A stretch of 47,810 nt of DNA, taken from NCBI GenBank assembly GCA_037442485.1, contig JBBIQE010000007.1, positions 1 through 47,810 on the forward strand. Reading direction: 5' to 3'. Source of the stretch: Candidatus Methylomirabilis sp. GTDB lineage: Bacteria > Methylomirabilota > Methylomirabilia > Methylomirabilales > 2-02-FULL-66-22. Of the stretch, positions 37,256-46,510 are shown piece by piece (the stretch's first letter is position 1; each line of letters opens with the position of its first letter). The translations under genes were made by a program, and so were the position numbers. Under the pieces are notes generated by a model. The model was not told the origin of the DNA, did not search any database, and saw nothing but the letters and a program-made list of their open reading frames with translations.

Positions 37256-39319
37256 ATGTGCGGCATCGGCGGGAAGCTGTATTTTAATCCGGCGCGGTCG
37301 GTGGAGCGCGACGTACTGGAGCGCATGAACGCGGTCCAGGCCCATCGCGGTCCGGATGATTCCGGCATCTACTGCCAGGGGCCCGTGGGGCTGGCCCACC
37401 GGCGTCTCAGCATCATTGACCTCAGTCCGGCGGGGCATCAGCCCATGAGCAACGAGGCCTGTGCTGGGCGCCGCGGAAGCGACGGCCTCCTCTGGATCGT
37501 CTTCAACGGGGAGATTTACAACTTCCGGGCGCTGCGGCCGGCGCTCGAGCGCCGGGGCCATCGCTTCCGCTCCGGCACCGATACCGAGGTGATCCTCCAC
37601 TTGTACGAGGAGCACGGGGTCTGCTGCCTGCATTTCCTCCGGGGCATGTTTGCCTTCGCCATCTGGGACGGCCCCCGCCGCCAGCTCTTCCTGGCCCGCG
37701 ACCGGCTGGGTGTCAAGCCCCTCGTCTACCAGGAGGACGCAGAGGCCTTCCGCTTCGCTTCGGAGGCCAAGGCGATCCTCCAGGATCCGGCCGTCGAGGC
37801 GCGCCCGGATCCGTCGGCCATCTCCCGGTACCTCACCTACGGGTACGTGCCCAGCCCCGGTTCGGCCTTCCGGGGGATGCGGAAGCTTCCACCGGGCCAC
37901 TATCTGCTCTGTCGCCTGCCCGCCGCAGGGCAGGCCGGGGGCGGGAAGGTGCAGATCGCCCGCTACTGGCGGCTGCGGCGCGACCAGAAAATCGTGCGGT
38001 CCGAGGCGGAATGGTGCCGGGAAATCCTGGCCCGCCTCGAAGAGGCGGTCCGCCTCCGGCTGGTGAGCGACGTCCCCCTGGGGGCGTTCCTGAGCGGCGG
38101 GATCGATTCCAGCGCCGTCGTGGCCATGATGAGCCGGGCCTCCGGTGCTCCCATCAAGACCTTCTCCATCGGCTTCGACGAGCCGGAGTACGACGAACTC
38201 GCCTACGCCCGCCTCGTGGCCGAGCGATTCGGGACGGAGCACCACGAGCTGGTGGTCCGACCGGATGCGGCGGCCGTCCTGCCCAAGCTCGCCTGGCACT
38301 ACGACGAGCCCTTTGGCGACTCCTCGGCCGTGCCCACCTACTACGTGGCCCAGATGACCCGCCGGGATGTGACCGTGGCGCTGAACGGGGATGCGGGGGA
38401 CGAGAACTTCGGCGGCTACGACCGCTACGTGGCGAATCTCCTGGCGGCCTCCTTCGATGGCTGGCCGGGATCCGCCGCTGTGCGGCGGCTCATCCAACAC
38501 GGCTTGCGCTGGTGGAAACCAGCGGGTCGGCGCACCAGCCTTCTGTACCGCGCCCGTCGGTTTCTGGACGGGTTGACCGAGGCGCCGGAGCGCCGCTACG
38601 CCCGCTGGTTCTGTCACTTCTACGGCGACCGGAAGGACGAGCTGCTCGCCCCCGACTTTCGCGCCAGCCTGGACGGGGAGGACGCCCTGGAGATCCTCCT
38701 CGCGGCCTACCGGGAGAGCGACGCCCCCGACTTCCCGGATGCCACCCTGGGCGTGGACGTGGCCCTCTACCTGCCGGATGACCTCCTGGTCAAGGTGGAT
38801 ATCGCCAGCATGGCGCATTCCCTGGAGGCCCGCTCCCCCTTCCTGGACCACGAGTTCATGGAGTTCGCCGCCACCATCCCCTCCGACCTCAAGGTGCGCG
38901 GCCGGACCAAGAAGTACATCCTGAAGCGCGCCCTGGCCGACCTGCTGCCGGCCGAGATCCTCCACCGGCCGAAGATGGGATTCGGCGTCCCCATTGATCA
39001 CTGGCTGCGCCAGGAGCTGCGGGAGATGGCCTACGACACCCTCCTCGCGCCGCGGTGTCTCGATCGCGGGTATTTTCGCCCCGAGACCCTGCGCCGCCTG
39101 CTGGACGAGCACACCCGGGGGCGGGCCAACTGGCACTACCTGCTCTGGACCCTCCTGATGCTGGAGCTGTGGCACCGGACGTACATTGACGCGGACGGGC
39201 CCCTGGCCGCCCAACGACGGGCGCCTCAGCCGTCTCCGCCCTCATTCCGGCGGAGGCCGGAATCCAGCAGGCTGGGGATCCTGGACCCCGGCTTTCGCCG
39301 GGGTGGCGACGGAGGATGA
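37256..39319 (+). CDS. asnB: Asparagine synthase-like glutamine amidotransferase (glycan-associated)
   Basis: MCGIGG (Cys2 nucleophile implies start 37256), HRGPD, LAHRRLSIID, FNGEIYN, DRLGVKPL, LSGGIDSS and EARSPFLD. Confidence 0.93.
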   Translation: MCGIGGKLYFNPARSVERDVLERMNAVQAHRGPDDSGIYCQGPVGLAHRRLSIIDLSPAGHQPMSNEACAGRRGSDGLLWIVFNGEIYNFRALRPALERRGHRFRSGTDTEVILHLYEEHGVCCLHFLRGMFAFAIWDGPRRQLFLARDRLGVKPLVYQEDAEAFRFASEAKAILQDPAVEARPDPSAISRYLTYGYVPSPGSAFRGMRKLPPGHYLLCRLPAAGQAGGGKVQIARYWRLRRDQKIVRSEAEWCREILARLEEAVRLRLVSDVPLGAFLSGGIDSSAVVAMMSRASGAPIKTFSIGFDEPEYDELAYARLVAERFGTEHHELVVRPDAAAVLPKLAWHYDEPFGDSSAVPTYYVAQMTRRDVTVALNGDAGDENFGGYDRYVANLLAASFDGWPGSAAVRRLIQHGLRWWKPAGRRTSLLYRARRFLDGLTEAPERRYARWFCHFYGDRKDELLAPDFRASLDGEDALEILLAAYRESDAPDFPDATLGVDVALYLPDDLLVKVDIASMAHSLEARSPFLDHEFMEFAATIPSDLKVRGRTKKYILKRALADLLPAEILHRPKMGFGVPIDHWLRQELREMAYDTLLAPRCLDRGYFRPETLRRLLDEHTRGRANWHYLLWTLLMLELWHRTYIDADGPLAAQRRAPQPSPPSFRRRPESSRLGILDPGFRRGGDGG
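37457..37480 (+). repeat. 24-bp in-frame element inside asnB
   Basis: GCCTGTGCTGGGCGCCGCGGAAGC (ACAGRRGS) interrupts SNE^DG; 17/22 identical to the nested unit at 19559-19580. Confidence 0.7.
37914..37935. repeat. 22-bp palindrome inside asnB
   Basis: GCCTGCCC-GCCGCA-GGGCAGGC with perfect 8-bp arms; encodes an apparent extra LPAAGQA. Confidence 0.65.
39242..39312. repeat. Bipartite REP-like element overlapping the asnB 3' end
   Basis: TCATTCCGGCGGAGGCCGGAATCCAG...CTGGACCCCGGCTTTCGCCGGGGTGGCGACGG: two hairpins in inverted orientation. Confidence 0.75.
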
Positions 39320-39362
39320 GGCCCGGGGCCGAGCGGTGGCAAATCCCTGCGGAGGTGGGACC

Positions 39363-40301
39363 ATGCCTCGTTATCTGATCACGGGCGGGGCGGGCTTCAT
39401 CGGCGCGAACCTGGCCCACGCCCTCGTGGCGCGGGGCGAGTCGGTGCGCATCCTGGACGATTTCTCGACGGGCCGGCCGCAGAACCTTCAGGGCATCCAG
39501 GACCGGATCGAGATCCTGCGGGGCGACATCCGCGACCCGGCCGTCGTGGCCCGGGCGGTCCAGGGAACCGAGGTCATCCTGCACCAGGCCGCCCTCAACA
39601 GCAACCCGCGCTCCATCCAAGAGCCGGGACCGACCAACGCCGTGAACGTGGGGGGGACCCTGCTCCTCCTGGAGGCCGCGCGGGCCGCGGGCGTCCGGCG
39701 GCTGGTGTACGCCTCCTCCTCCTCGGTGTACGGGGATACGCCGACGCTCCCCAAGACCGAGGAGATGGCCCTGGCGCCGAAAGCCCCCTACGGCGTCTCG
39801 AAGCTCGCGGCCGAGTTCTACTGCCGGGTCTTCACCCAGGTCTACGGCCTCGAGACGGTGAGCCTCCGCTACTTCAACGTCTTCGGCCCGCGCCAGCACC
39901 CGGACTCGGAGTACGCCGCCGTCATCCCCCGCTTCCTCCGGCGGATGCTGGCGGGGAAGCCGCCCGTCATCTACGGGGACGGGGAGCAGTCCCGGGACTT
40001 CACGGCCGTGGAGAACGTGGTGGCGGCGAACCTCCTGGCCGCCGAAGCCCCCCAGGGGGCCGGCGAGGTCTTCAACGTCGCCTGCGGACGGACGAGCACG
40101 CTGAACCAGCTGGTGGCCTGGCTCAATCAACTGCTGGGCACGGACCTGTCGCCGGTCTACGAGGCCCCCCGGCCGGCCGACATCCGGCACTCCTATGCCT
40201 CGATCCGGAAAGCCGAGGCCCTCCTCGGCTACCGGCCGACCCTGGGGGTCGAGGAGGGCCTGCGACGGACCGTGGAATGGTTCAGGCAGCACGAGTGCTG
40301 A
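39363..40301 (+). CDS. NAD-dependent nucleotide-sugar epimerase (WbpP/TviC-like UDP-HexNAc C4-epimerase)
   Basis: TGGAGFIG, LHQAA, ASSSSVYGD, PYGVSK, LRYFNVFGPRQ, YAAVIP and GDGEQSRDF. Confidence 0.88.
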   Translation: MPRYLITGGAGFIGANLAHALVARGESVRILDDFSTGRPQNLQGIQDRIEILRGDIRDPAVVARAVQGTEVILHQAALNSNPRSIQEPGPTNAVNVGGTLLLLEAARAAGVRRLVYASSSSVYGDTPTLPKTEEMALAPKAPYGVSKLAAEFYCRVFTQVYGLETVSLRYFNVFGPRQHPDSEYAAVIPRFLRRMLAGKPPVIYGDGEQSRDFTAVENVVAANLLAAEAPQGAGEVFNVACGRTSTLNQLVAWLNQLLGTDLSPVYEAPRPADIRHSYASIRKAEALLGYRPTLGVEEGLRRTVEWFRQHEC

Positions 40302-41485
40302 GGCCTTCCGCCGCGGAGCAAGGCCTGGCGGCTTCCCCAGGGAATGCGCCGGGGAGGCCCCTCCCGCTGCTCTTCCTCGTGACGAACTTCGACCGGGGCG
40401 GCGCCGAGAAGATCCTCAGCCGCTACGCCGCCGGATTGCCACGGAACAAGTACGCCGTGCAGGCCGCCGCCCTCCAGGGCCGGTCGCGATCGGTGGCTGG
40501 CGAGTTGACGCGGGTGGGCATCCCTGTCCATGACCTGGGCATGGTCTGCAAGTGGGACCCCCGGGTCCTGCCCCGGCTGGCCCGGCTCCTCCGACGGGAG
40601 CGCATTCGGATCCTGTTCACCTTCCTGTTTCATCCCACGCTCCTGGGACGCGTCGTGGGGCGGCTATGTGACGTTCCCATCCGGATCTCTTCGGAGCGGG
40701 TCATGGAATGGGAAGGCCGCAGCCGACGACTGCTCAACCGATGGACCGTGCCCCTGGCGAGCCATGTGGTGGCCGTCTCGGACCGGGTGGCCTCCTACGC
40801 GGCCCGGGAGTTTCGCATCCCGCCGGATCGGCTGAGCACCATCGGGAACGGCGTCGACCTGGATCACTTCCGGCCGGCCTCCCGGACCCGCGGTGGGGAC
40901 CGGCCCGTGATCGGTTGCACGGCGCGCCTGCACCGGAAGAACGACCATCCGACGCTGCTGCGGGCCTTCGCGCGCGTCTTCGCCCGCTGGCCCGAGGCCC
41001 AGTTGCTGCTCGTGGGTGGCGGGCGGGCCGCGGCCAGGCTTCGGGCGATGAGCCGGCGCCTCGGCATCTCGGCCCGGGTCCACTTCGCGGGGGAGCAGCC
41101 GGATGTGGCGCCGTATCTTTCCCAGATGGATGTGTACGTGCAGCCCTCGGTGGCCGAGGGGATGTCCAATTCCATCCTGGAGGCCATGGCGGCCGGCCTG
41201 CCCGTGGTGGCCACCGCGGTGGGAGGCACGCCGGAGATCGTGGTGGACGGGGAGACGGGCCTCCTGATCCCCCCCCGCGACCCCGCCGCCCTGGCGACGG
41301 CGATCCTGAGGCTCCTGGAGGATCCTCGACAGGCCGAGACCTTCGGCCGGGCGGGGCGGGCCCGCGTCGAGGCGCAGTTCGGAGAACGGTCGATGCTCCA
41401 GCGGCTCGAGGCGCTCCTAGACCGGTTGGTCGAGCGGCACCTGGGGTTGACCTTCCGGCCGCCCGAGGGATGGGTGGCATGCTGA
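40295..41485 (+). CDS. Glycosyltransferase family 4 (start uncertain)
   Basis: DRGGAEK, NGVD and EGMSNSILEAMAAGLPVVATAVGG. Confidence 0.9.
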   Translation: MLRPSAAEQGLAASPGNAPGRPLPLLFLVTNFDRGGAEKILSRYAAGLPRNKYAVQAAALQGRSRSVAGELTRVGIPVHDLGMVCKWDPRVLPRLARLLRRERIRILFTFLFHPTLLGRVVGRLCDVPIRISSERVMEWEGRSRRLLNRWTVPLASHVVAVSDRVASYAAREFRIPPDRLSTIGNGVDLDHFRPASRTRGGDRPVIGCTARLHRKNDHPTLLRAFARVFARWPEAQLLLVGGGRAAARLRAMSRRLGISARVHFAGEQPDVAPYLSQMDVYVQPSVAEGMSNSILEAMAAGLPVVATAVGGTPEIVVDGETGLLIPPRDPAALATAILRLLEDPRQAETFGRAGRARVEAQFGERSMLQRLEALLDRLVERHLGLTFRPPEGWVAC

Positions 41486-42696
41486 GGGCGACCTCCCGGC
41501 CCGCCGCCGCAGGGGCGCGCGGGGGACAGGCCATCCGGATCGCGCGGGTGATCACCCGGTTGAATATCGGCGGACCGGCGCAGCAGGCCACCCTGCTCAC
41601 GGCCGGGCTGGACCCGGCGCGCTTTCGGAGCACCCTCATCACGGGCAGCGTGGCACGGGGAGAGGGGGACTTCTCCCCGGCCGCCCGGGCCCGCGGGGTG
41701 GAGCCGGTCGTCATCCCCGCCCTCGGTCGGGCCATCCATCCCGCGCGCGACCTGGTGGCCCTCGCCAGGCTGGCCGGAAGCCTCCGGCGCCTCCGCCCCG
41801 ACCTCGTCCACACCCACACGGCCAAGGCGGGAACGCTGGGCCGCCTGGCGGCGCTTCTCACCGGGGTGCCGGCGGTGGTTCACACCTTCCACGGGCACGT
41901 GCTGGAGGGATACTTCGGCCCCGCCCTCTCCCGGCTCTTCCTCAGGATCGAGCGGGCCATGGCCCGCATCACGGACCGGATCATCGTCCTGAGCCCCCGG
42001 CTGCGGGACCGTCTCCTGGCCATGGGAATCGGCCGGCCGGAACAGGTGGAGGTGATCCCGCTGGGTTTGGACCTGAGCCGCTTCCTCGGCATCCCGAGGC
42101 AGGGCAAGGATCTGCGGACGGCGCTCCGCATCCCGGACGGGGCGCCGCTGCTGGGGATCGTGGGACGCCTCGTCCCGATCAAGGATCATCCCACCCTGTT
42201 TCTCGCCCTGGCCTCCCTGACGGGCCCCGGGCGCGCGGCCCACCTGCTCGTCGTGGGAGACGGGGAAGAGCGCCAGCGATTGGAGCGGCTGGTCCGCCAC
42301 CTGGGCCTCGGCCCGCGCGTCCACTTCCTGGGATGGCGGAACGATCTGGAGGCTATCCTGGGAGGGCTCGACGTGCTAATCTGTGCCTCGCAGAACGAGG
42401 GTACGCCCGTGGCCCTGATCGAGGCCATGGCCGCCGGGGTGCCGGTGCTCTCCACCGACGTCGGCGGGGTGGGCGACCTGGTGGCCCACGGCGAGACCGG
42501 CTGGCTCGTCCCCCCCGGTGATCCGCTGGCCCTGGCGCAGGGAATCCAGAGGCTGCTCGCGGACCCGGATCTGCGCCGTCACCTGGCGGCCGCGGCGCGG
42601 CCGGTGGTACTGGAGCGATACGACGCCAAAGGACTCATCCATCGGATGGAGGCACTGTACGAAGGCCTGATAGTTGAGAAAGGGGGTCGTGCGTGA
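41479..42696 (+). CDS. Glycosyltransferase family 4
   Basis: ITRLNIGGPA, VHTHTAKAG, HTFHGH, GRLVPIKDH and NEGTPVALIEAMAAG. Confidence 0.93.
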   Translation: MLRATSRPAAAGARGGQAIRIARVITRLNIGGPAQQATLLTAGLDPARFRSTLITGSVARGEGDFSPAARARGVEPVVIPALGRAIHPARDLVALARLAGSLRRLRPDLVHTHTAKAGTLGRLAALLTGVPAVVHTFHGHVLEGYFGPALSRLFLRIERAMARITDRIIVLSPRLRDRLLAMGIGRPEQVEVIPLGLDLSRFLGIPRQGKDLRTALRIPDGAPLLGIVGRLVPIKDHPTLFLALASLTGPGRAAHLLVVGDGEERQRLERLVRHLGLGPRVHFLGWRNDLEAILGGLDVLICASQNEGTPVALIEAMAAGVPVLSTDVGGVGDLVAHGETGWLVPPGDPLALAQGIQRLLADPDLRRHLAAAARPVVLERYDAKGLIHRMEALYEGLIVEKGGRA

Positions 42697-43664
42697 GGGT
42701 CCTCGTCACCGGCGGCGCGGGCTACATCGGCTCGCATCTGGTAGACGCCCTGCTCAGGCGGGGCGACGAGGTGCTGGTCATTGACAACCTCTCCACGGGG
42801 AAGATCGGGAACATCCGCCACTGCCTGGGGCGCCCGGCCTTCCACTTCGTCAACGACTCCATCCTGAACGAACCGCTCCTGGAGCGCTTCATCCCCTCTA
42901 TGGATCTGATCTTCCACCTCGCTGCCGCCGTGGGCGTCCGGCACATCCTCCAGGACCCCTTGGCGGCGATCAACACCAACGTCCGCGGGACCGAGGCGGT
43001 CCTGGGCCTGGCCTTCAAGTACTGGAAGCGGGTGGTCCTGGCCTCCACCTCGGAGATCTACGGCAAGGCGAGCCAGGTCCCCTACCGGGAGGACGACGAC
43101 CGGGTCCTCGGCTCCACCGCGGTGGCCCGCTGGTCCTACTCCATGTCCAAGGCCATCGACGAGCACTTCGCCTTCGCCTACGCGAGCAAGGGCCTCCCGG
43201 TCTCGATCGTCCGCTACTTCAACTCCTACGGCCCGCGGCTGGACGAGCGGGGCTACGGCAGCGTGGTGGCGAACTTCACCCGGCAGGCCCTGCGGGGCGA
43301 GCCCCTCACCGTGCACGGGGACGGGCAGCAGAGCCGCTGCTTCACCTACATCGCGGACACGGTGGCCGGGACGCTCTTGGCCGGCGAGGTCCCGGCCGCC
43401 TGCGGCGAGGCCTTCAACATCGGCAATCCCCGCGAGACCCGCATCCTCGATCTGGCTAGACTGATCAAGCGGCTCACGCGCTCCCGGTCCCCGATCCAGT
43501 TCCAGCCCTACGAGGCCTACTACGGCGAGGGCTTCGAGGACCCGCGGCGCCGGGTGCCCAGCATCGAGAAGGCCAAGCGCCTCCTGGGCTTCGCGCCGAA
43601 GGTGGACCTGGAGACCGGCTTGAGGAAAACCATCGCCTGGTGCCGCGCCCACTACGCGCACTGA
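42693..43664 (+). CDS. NAD-dependent epimerase/dehydratase (UDP-glucuronate decarboxylase/ArnA-like SDR)
   Basis: TGGAGYIGSH, HLAAAVGV, ASTSEIYGK, RWSYSMSK, RYFNSYGPR and GDGQQSRCF. Confidence 0.88.
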   Translation: MRVLVTGGAGYIGSHLVDALLRRGDEVLVIDNLSTGKIGNIRHCLGRPAFHFVNDSILNEPLLERFIPSMDLIFHLAAAVGVRHILQDPLAAINTNVRGTEAVLGLAFKYWKRVVLASTSEIYGKASQVPYREDDDRVLGSTAVARWSYSMSKAIDEHFAFAYASKGLPVSIVRYFNSYGPRLDERGYGSVVANFTRQALRGEPLTVHGDGQQSRCFTYIADTVAGTLLAGEVPAACGEAFNIGNPRETRILDLARLIKRLTRSRSPIQFQPYEAYYGEGFEDPRRRVPSIEKAKRLLGFAPKVDLETGLRKTIAWCRAHYAH

Positions 43665-43672
43665 GGGGCATG

Positions 43673-43773
43673 AGACGTACGAGCGGACCTCAGTACGAAG
43701 GTACGGGGGGCCGAGAACGCAACCGAAGGGCGCTCCGAGGCGCACATTCGTCCACGCGTACAGTCGTATGCTC
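43673..43773. repeat. Inverted degenerate octamer arrays
   Basis: agacgtac/gagcggac/ctcagtac/gaaggtac, a 37-nt spacer, then gcacattc/gtccacgc/gtacagtc/gtatgctc. Confidence 0.7.
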
Positions 43774-43802
43774 TTGAGAGACCAGGAACAGGAGGCCGGG
43801 TC

Positions 43803-45149
43803 ATGAGCGATCCATCAGGCTTACTCGAGAAAATCCGGCGGAAGGACCTCACCGTCGCCGTCATCGGGCTGGGCTACGTGGGTCTGCCCCTGGCGGTGGC
43901 CTTCGCCGAGGCCGGCCTGCGGGTGCTGGGCATCGAGGTGAACGCGGCCCGGGTGGAGGCCATCAACCGGGGGGTGAGCCACATCCCGGATGTCCCGAGC
44001 GCCCAGCTCGCCCCCCTGGTCGGCTCCGGGCGGCTCCGGGCCACGACGGAGTACGCCGCCTGCGCCGCGGCCGGGGCGGCCGTCATCTGCGTCCCCACCC
44101 CCTTCACGAAGTGGAAGGCCCCGGACCTCTCCTACATCGAGGCCGCCTGCCGTTCCCTCGCCCCCCACGTCGGGCCCGGGCACCTGGTCATCCTCCAGTC
44201 CACCACCTATCCCGGGACCACCGAGGAGCTGGTGCGCCCCCTCCTGGAGGCCCCCGGGCGGCAGGCGGGGCGGGACTTCCTCCTCGCCTTCTCCCCCGAG
44301 CGGATCGATCCCGGCAACAAGGCCTTCGGCGCCCACAACACCCCCAAGGTGGTGGGGGGGATCGACGCCGCCTCCACCGAGGCCGCGGCCGCCCTCTTTA
44401 CCCTCCTCGTCCCGCCGGAGAAGATCCACCGGGTCTCGGGCCCCAAGGTGGCGGAGATGTGTAAGCTCCTGGAGAACATCTTCCGCAGCGTGAACATCGC
44501 CCTGGTCAACGAGCTCGCCAAGCTCTGCGACCGGATGGGCATCGACATCTGGGAGGTCATCGACGCGGCCGCCACCAAGCCCTTCGGCTTTATGCCCTTC
44601 TACCCTGGCCCCGGCGTGGGGGGCCACTGCATCCCCGTGGACCCCTACTACCTCTCCTGGAAGGCCCGGGAGTACGACTTCTACACCAAGTTCATCGAGC
44701 TGGCCGCCGAGGTGAACTCCTCCATGCCCTTCTTCACCGTGAACCGCCTGGCCGAGGCCTTGAACCGGGAGGGCAAGCCCCTCCAGGGGGCGAGGATCCT
44801 CGTCCTCGGGGCCGCCTTCAAGAAGGACATCGACGATCCCCGGAACGCCCCCGCCCTGGAGGTGATGAAGGCGCTCCTCGCCCGGGGCGCCGAGGTGAGC
44901 TACCACGACCCCTTCGTGCCCGAGGTCTTCTTGGACAGCGCCCCCGGGGCCGTCCCGGGCCGCCGCCTCGCCTCGGTGCCGCTCACGGAAGAGACCCTGG
45001 CGGCCCAGGACTGCGTCTGCCTCGCCGTGGCCCACAGTGCCTTCGACCACGCCATGGCGTGGCTCCTCAAGCACAGCCGGCTGCTGCTGGATGCCACCGG
45101 GGCGACGCGCCGCTTCCCCCAGGAAGGCGGCAGGGTGATCCGCCTCTAG
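43803..45149 (+). CDS. Nucleotide-sugar 6-dehydrogenase (WbpA/WecC-like)
   Basis: GLGYVGLP, ICVPTP, STTYPGTT, FSPERIDPGN, KLLENIFRSVNIA and GVGGHCIPVDP. Confidence 0.93.
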   Translation: MSDPSGLLEKIRRKDLTVAVIGLGYVGLPLAVAFAEAGLRVLGIEVNAARVEAINRGVSHIPDVPSAQLAPLVGSGRLRATTEYAACAAAGAAVICVPTPFTKWKAPDLSYIEAACRSLAPHVGPGHLVILQSTTYPGTTEELVRPLLEAPGRQAGRDFLLAFSPERIDPGNKAFGAHNTPKVVGGIDAASTEAAAALFTLLVPPEKIHRVSGPKVAEMCKLLENIFRSVNIALVNELAKLCDRMGIDIWEVIDAAATKPFGFMPFYPGPGVGGHCIPVDPYYLSWKAREYDFYTKFIELAAEVNSSMPFFTVNRLAEALNREGKPLQGARILVLGAAFKKDIDDPRNAPALEVMKALLARGAEVSYHDPFVPEVFLDSAPGAVPGRRLASVPLTEETLAAQDCVCLAVAHSAFDHAMAWLLKHSRLLLDATGATRRFPQEGGRVIRL

Positions 45150-45152
45150 GCC

Positions 45153-46223
45153 ATGGGCTACCTCGCGCCCCTTCTCATCCCCTTCCTGGTGGCGTGCGGA
45201 TCGGCCGCCATCCTCACGCCGCTCTGCCGGCGCGTGGCCCTCCGCCTGGGCATCCTGGACCAGCCGGGCGGCAAGAAAATCCACCAGGAGCCGACCCCGC
45301 TCCTCGGCGGACCGGCCATCGCCCTCGCTCACGCGGCCGGCGTCCTGGCCAGCGGGCCGGTGGACCCGCTGCTCCTCAGCGTCTTGGTGGCCGCGGGGTT
45401 GATCCTGCTTCTGGGCGTCTACGATGACCTCGACCCCCACGCCGAGGGTGTGCGCTGGTGGCTTCGCCTGCTCTTCCAGGCGTTCCTGGCGGCCTACGTC
45501 ATTCACACCGGGGTGAGCATCAGCTTCCTGCGCACCCCCTGGTTCGGCATCCCCGTCACGCTGCTTTGGATCGTGGGTATCACCAACGCCTTCAACCTCC
45601 TGGACAACATGAACGGCCTGTCGGCGGGCGTGGCGGCTGTCGCGGGGTTGACCTTCGCCGCCCTGGCGGCGCGCTACATCGAGCTGGGCCCCGAGCAGGT
45701 GCCCACGGTCCGGGCGGCGGCCGCCCTGGCCGGGGCGTGCCTGGGGTTCCTCCCCAGCAACTTTCGAGGCCGGATCTTCATGGGCGATGCGGGGAGCCTG
45801 TTCGTGGGCTTCACCCTGGCCTGCGTGGCGGCCCTGGGCAGTTGGCGGAGCCCCACGGTGCCCACCTCGGTCATCATCCCGCTGCTGGTCCTGGCCTATC
45901 CCATCTTCGACACCAGCCTGGTGGTGATCCTGCGGCTGCGACGCGGGCAGTCCCCCGTGGTGGGCGGGCGGGACCATTCCTCGCACCGGCTGGTGAACCT
46001 AGGGCTGGGCCGGGTGGAGGCGGTGCTGCTCATCTATCTCTTCTCCCTGTCGCATTCCCTCACGGCGCTTCTGGTCTCCTCGGTGACCTTGCGCCTCTCC
46101 CTGCTGGCCCTGGCTGGCAGTGCCAGCGTGCTCTTCATCTTCGGCATGGTCTTGCGCAAGGCGCCCGTCTGGAAGGGCGGGCCCGTGGAGGAGGGGCCGA
46201 CCGGTGGCCAAGAAGCTGGATAG
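45153..46223 (+). CDS. Undecaprenyl-phosphate HexNAc-1-phosphate transferase (WecA/TagO, MraY family)
   Basis: KIHQEPTPLLGG, GVYDD, NAFNLLDNMNGL, FMGDAGS and DHSSHRL. Confidence 0.92.
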   Translation: MGYLAPLLIPFLVACGSAAILTPLCRRVALRLGILDQPGGKKIHQEPTPLLGGPAIALAHAAGVLASGPVDPLLLSVLVAAGLILLLGVYDDLDPHAEGVRWWLRLLFQAFLAAYVIHTGVSISFLRTPWFGIPVTLLWIVGITNAFNLLDNMNGLSAGVAAVAGLTFAALAARYIELGPEQVPTVRAAAALAGACLGFLPSNFRGRIFMGDAGSLFVGFTLACVAALGSWRSPTVPTSVIIPLLVLAYPIFDTSLVVILRLRRGQSPVVGGRDHSSHRLVNLGLGRVEAVLLIYLFSLSHSLTALLVSSVTLRLSLLALAGSASVLFIFGMVLRKAPVWKGGPVEEGPTGGQEAG

Positions 46224-46473
46224 CGTGATCGTGCTCCTGGTGATCGTGATCCTGGGGGCCCTGATCGGCAGCGTGATCGGCGAGGTCATCGGCACCCTGG
46301 CGCCCGGGGGGATTCTGGAGAAGGTCTTCTCCAAGGGTGTAAACCCCGGCATCACGCCGCCGGCCGTTCTGGATCTCAAGGTCATCACGCTGACCTTCGG
46401 CCTCAGCATGAAGATCAACCTGGCGAGCCTGCTCGGCATCGTGCTCGCCCTGCTCATCTACCGGAAGCTCTGA
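46204..46473 (+). CDS. Small membrane protein, DUF4321-like
   Basis: GTG 46204 with GGAGG RBS; LGALIGSVIGE...LDLKVITLTFG...INLASLLG..LALLIYRKL; upstream of maf. Confidence 0.75.
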   Translation: MAKKLDSVIVLLVIVILGALIGSVIGEVIGTLAPGGILEKVFSKGVNPGITPPAVLDLKVITLTFGLSMKINLASLLGIVLALLIYRKL

Positions 46474-46510
46474 ACGCATGGTCGGGCATCTGGTCAGGGA
46501 GTCGTCAGAA

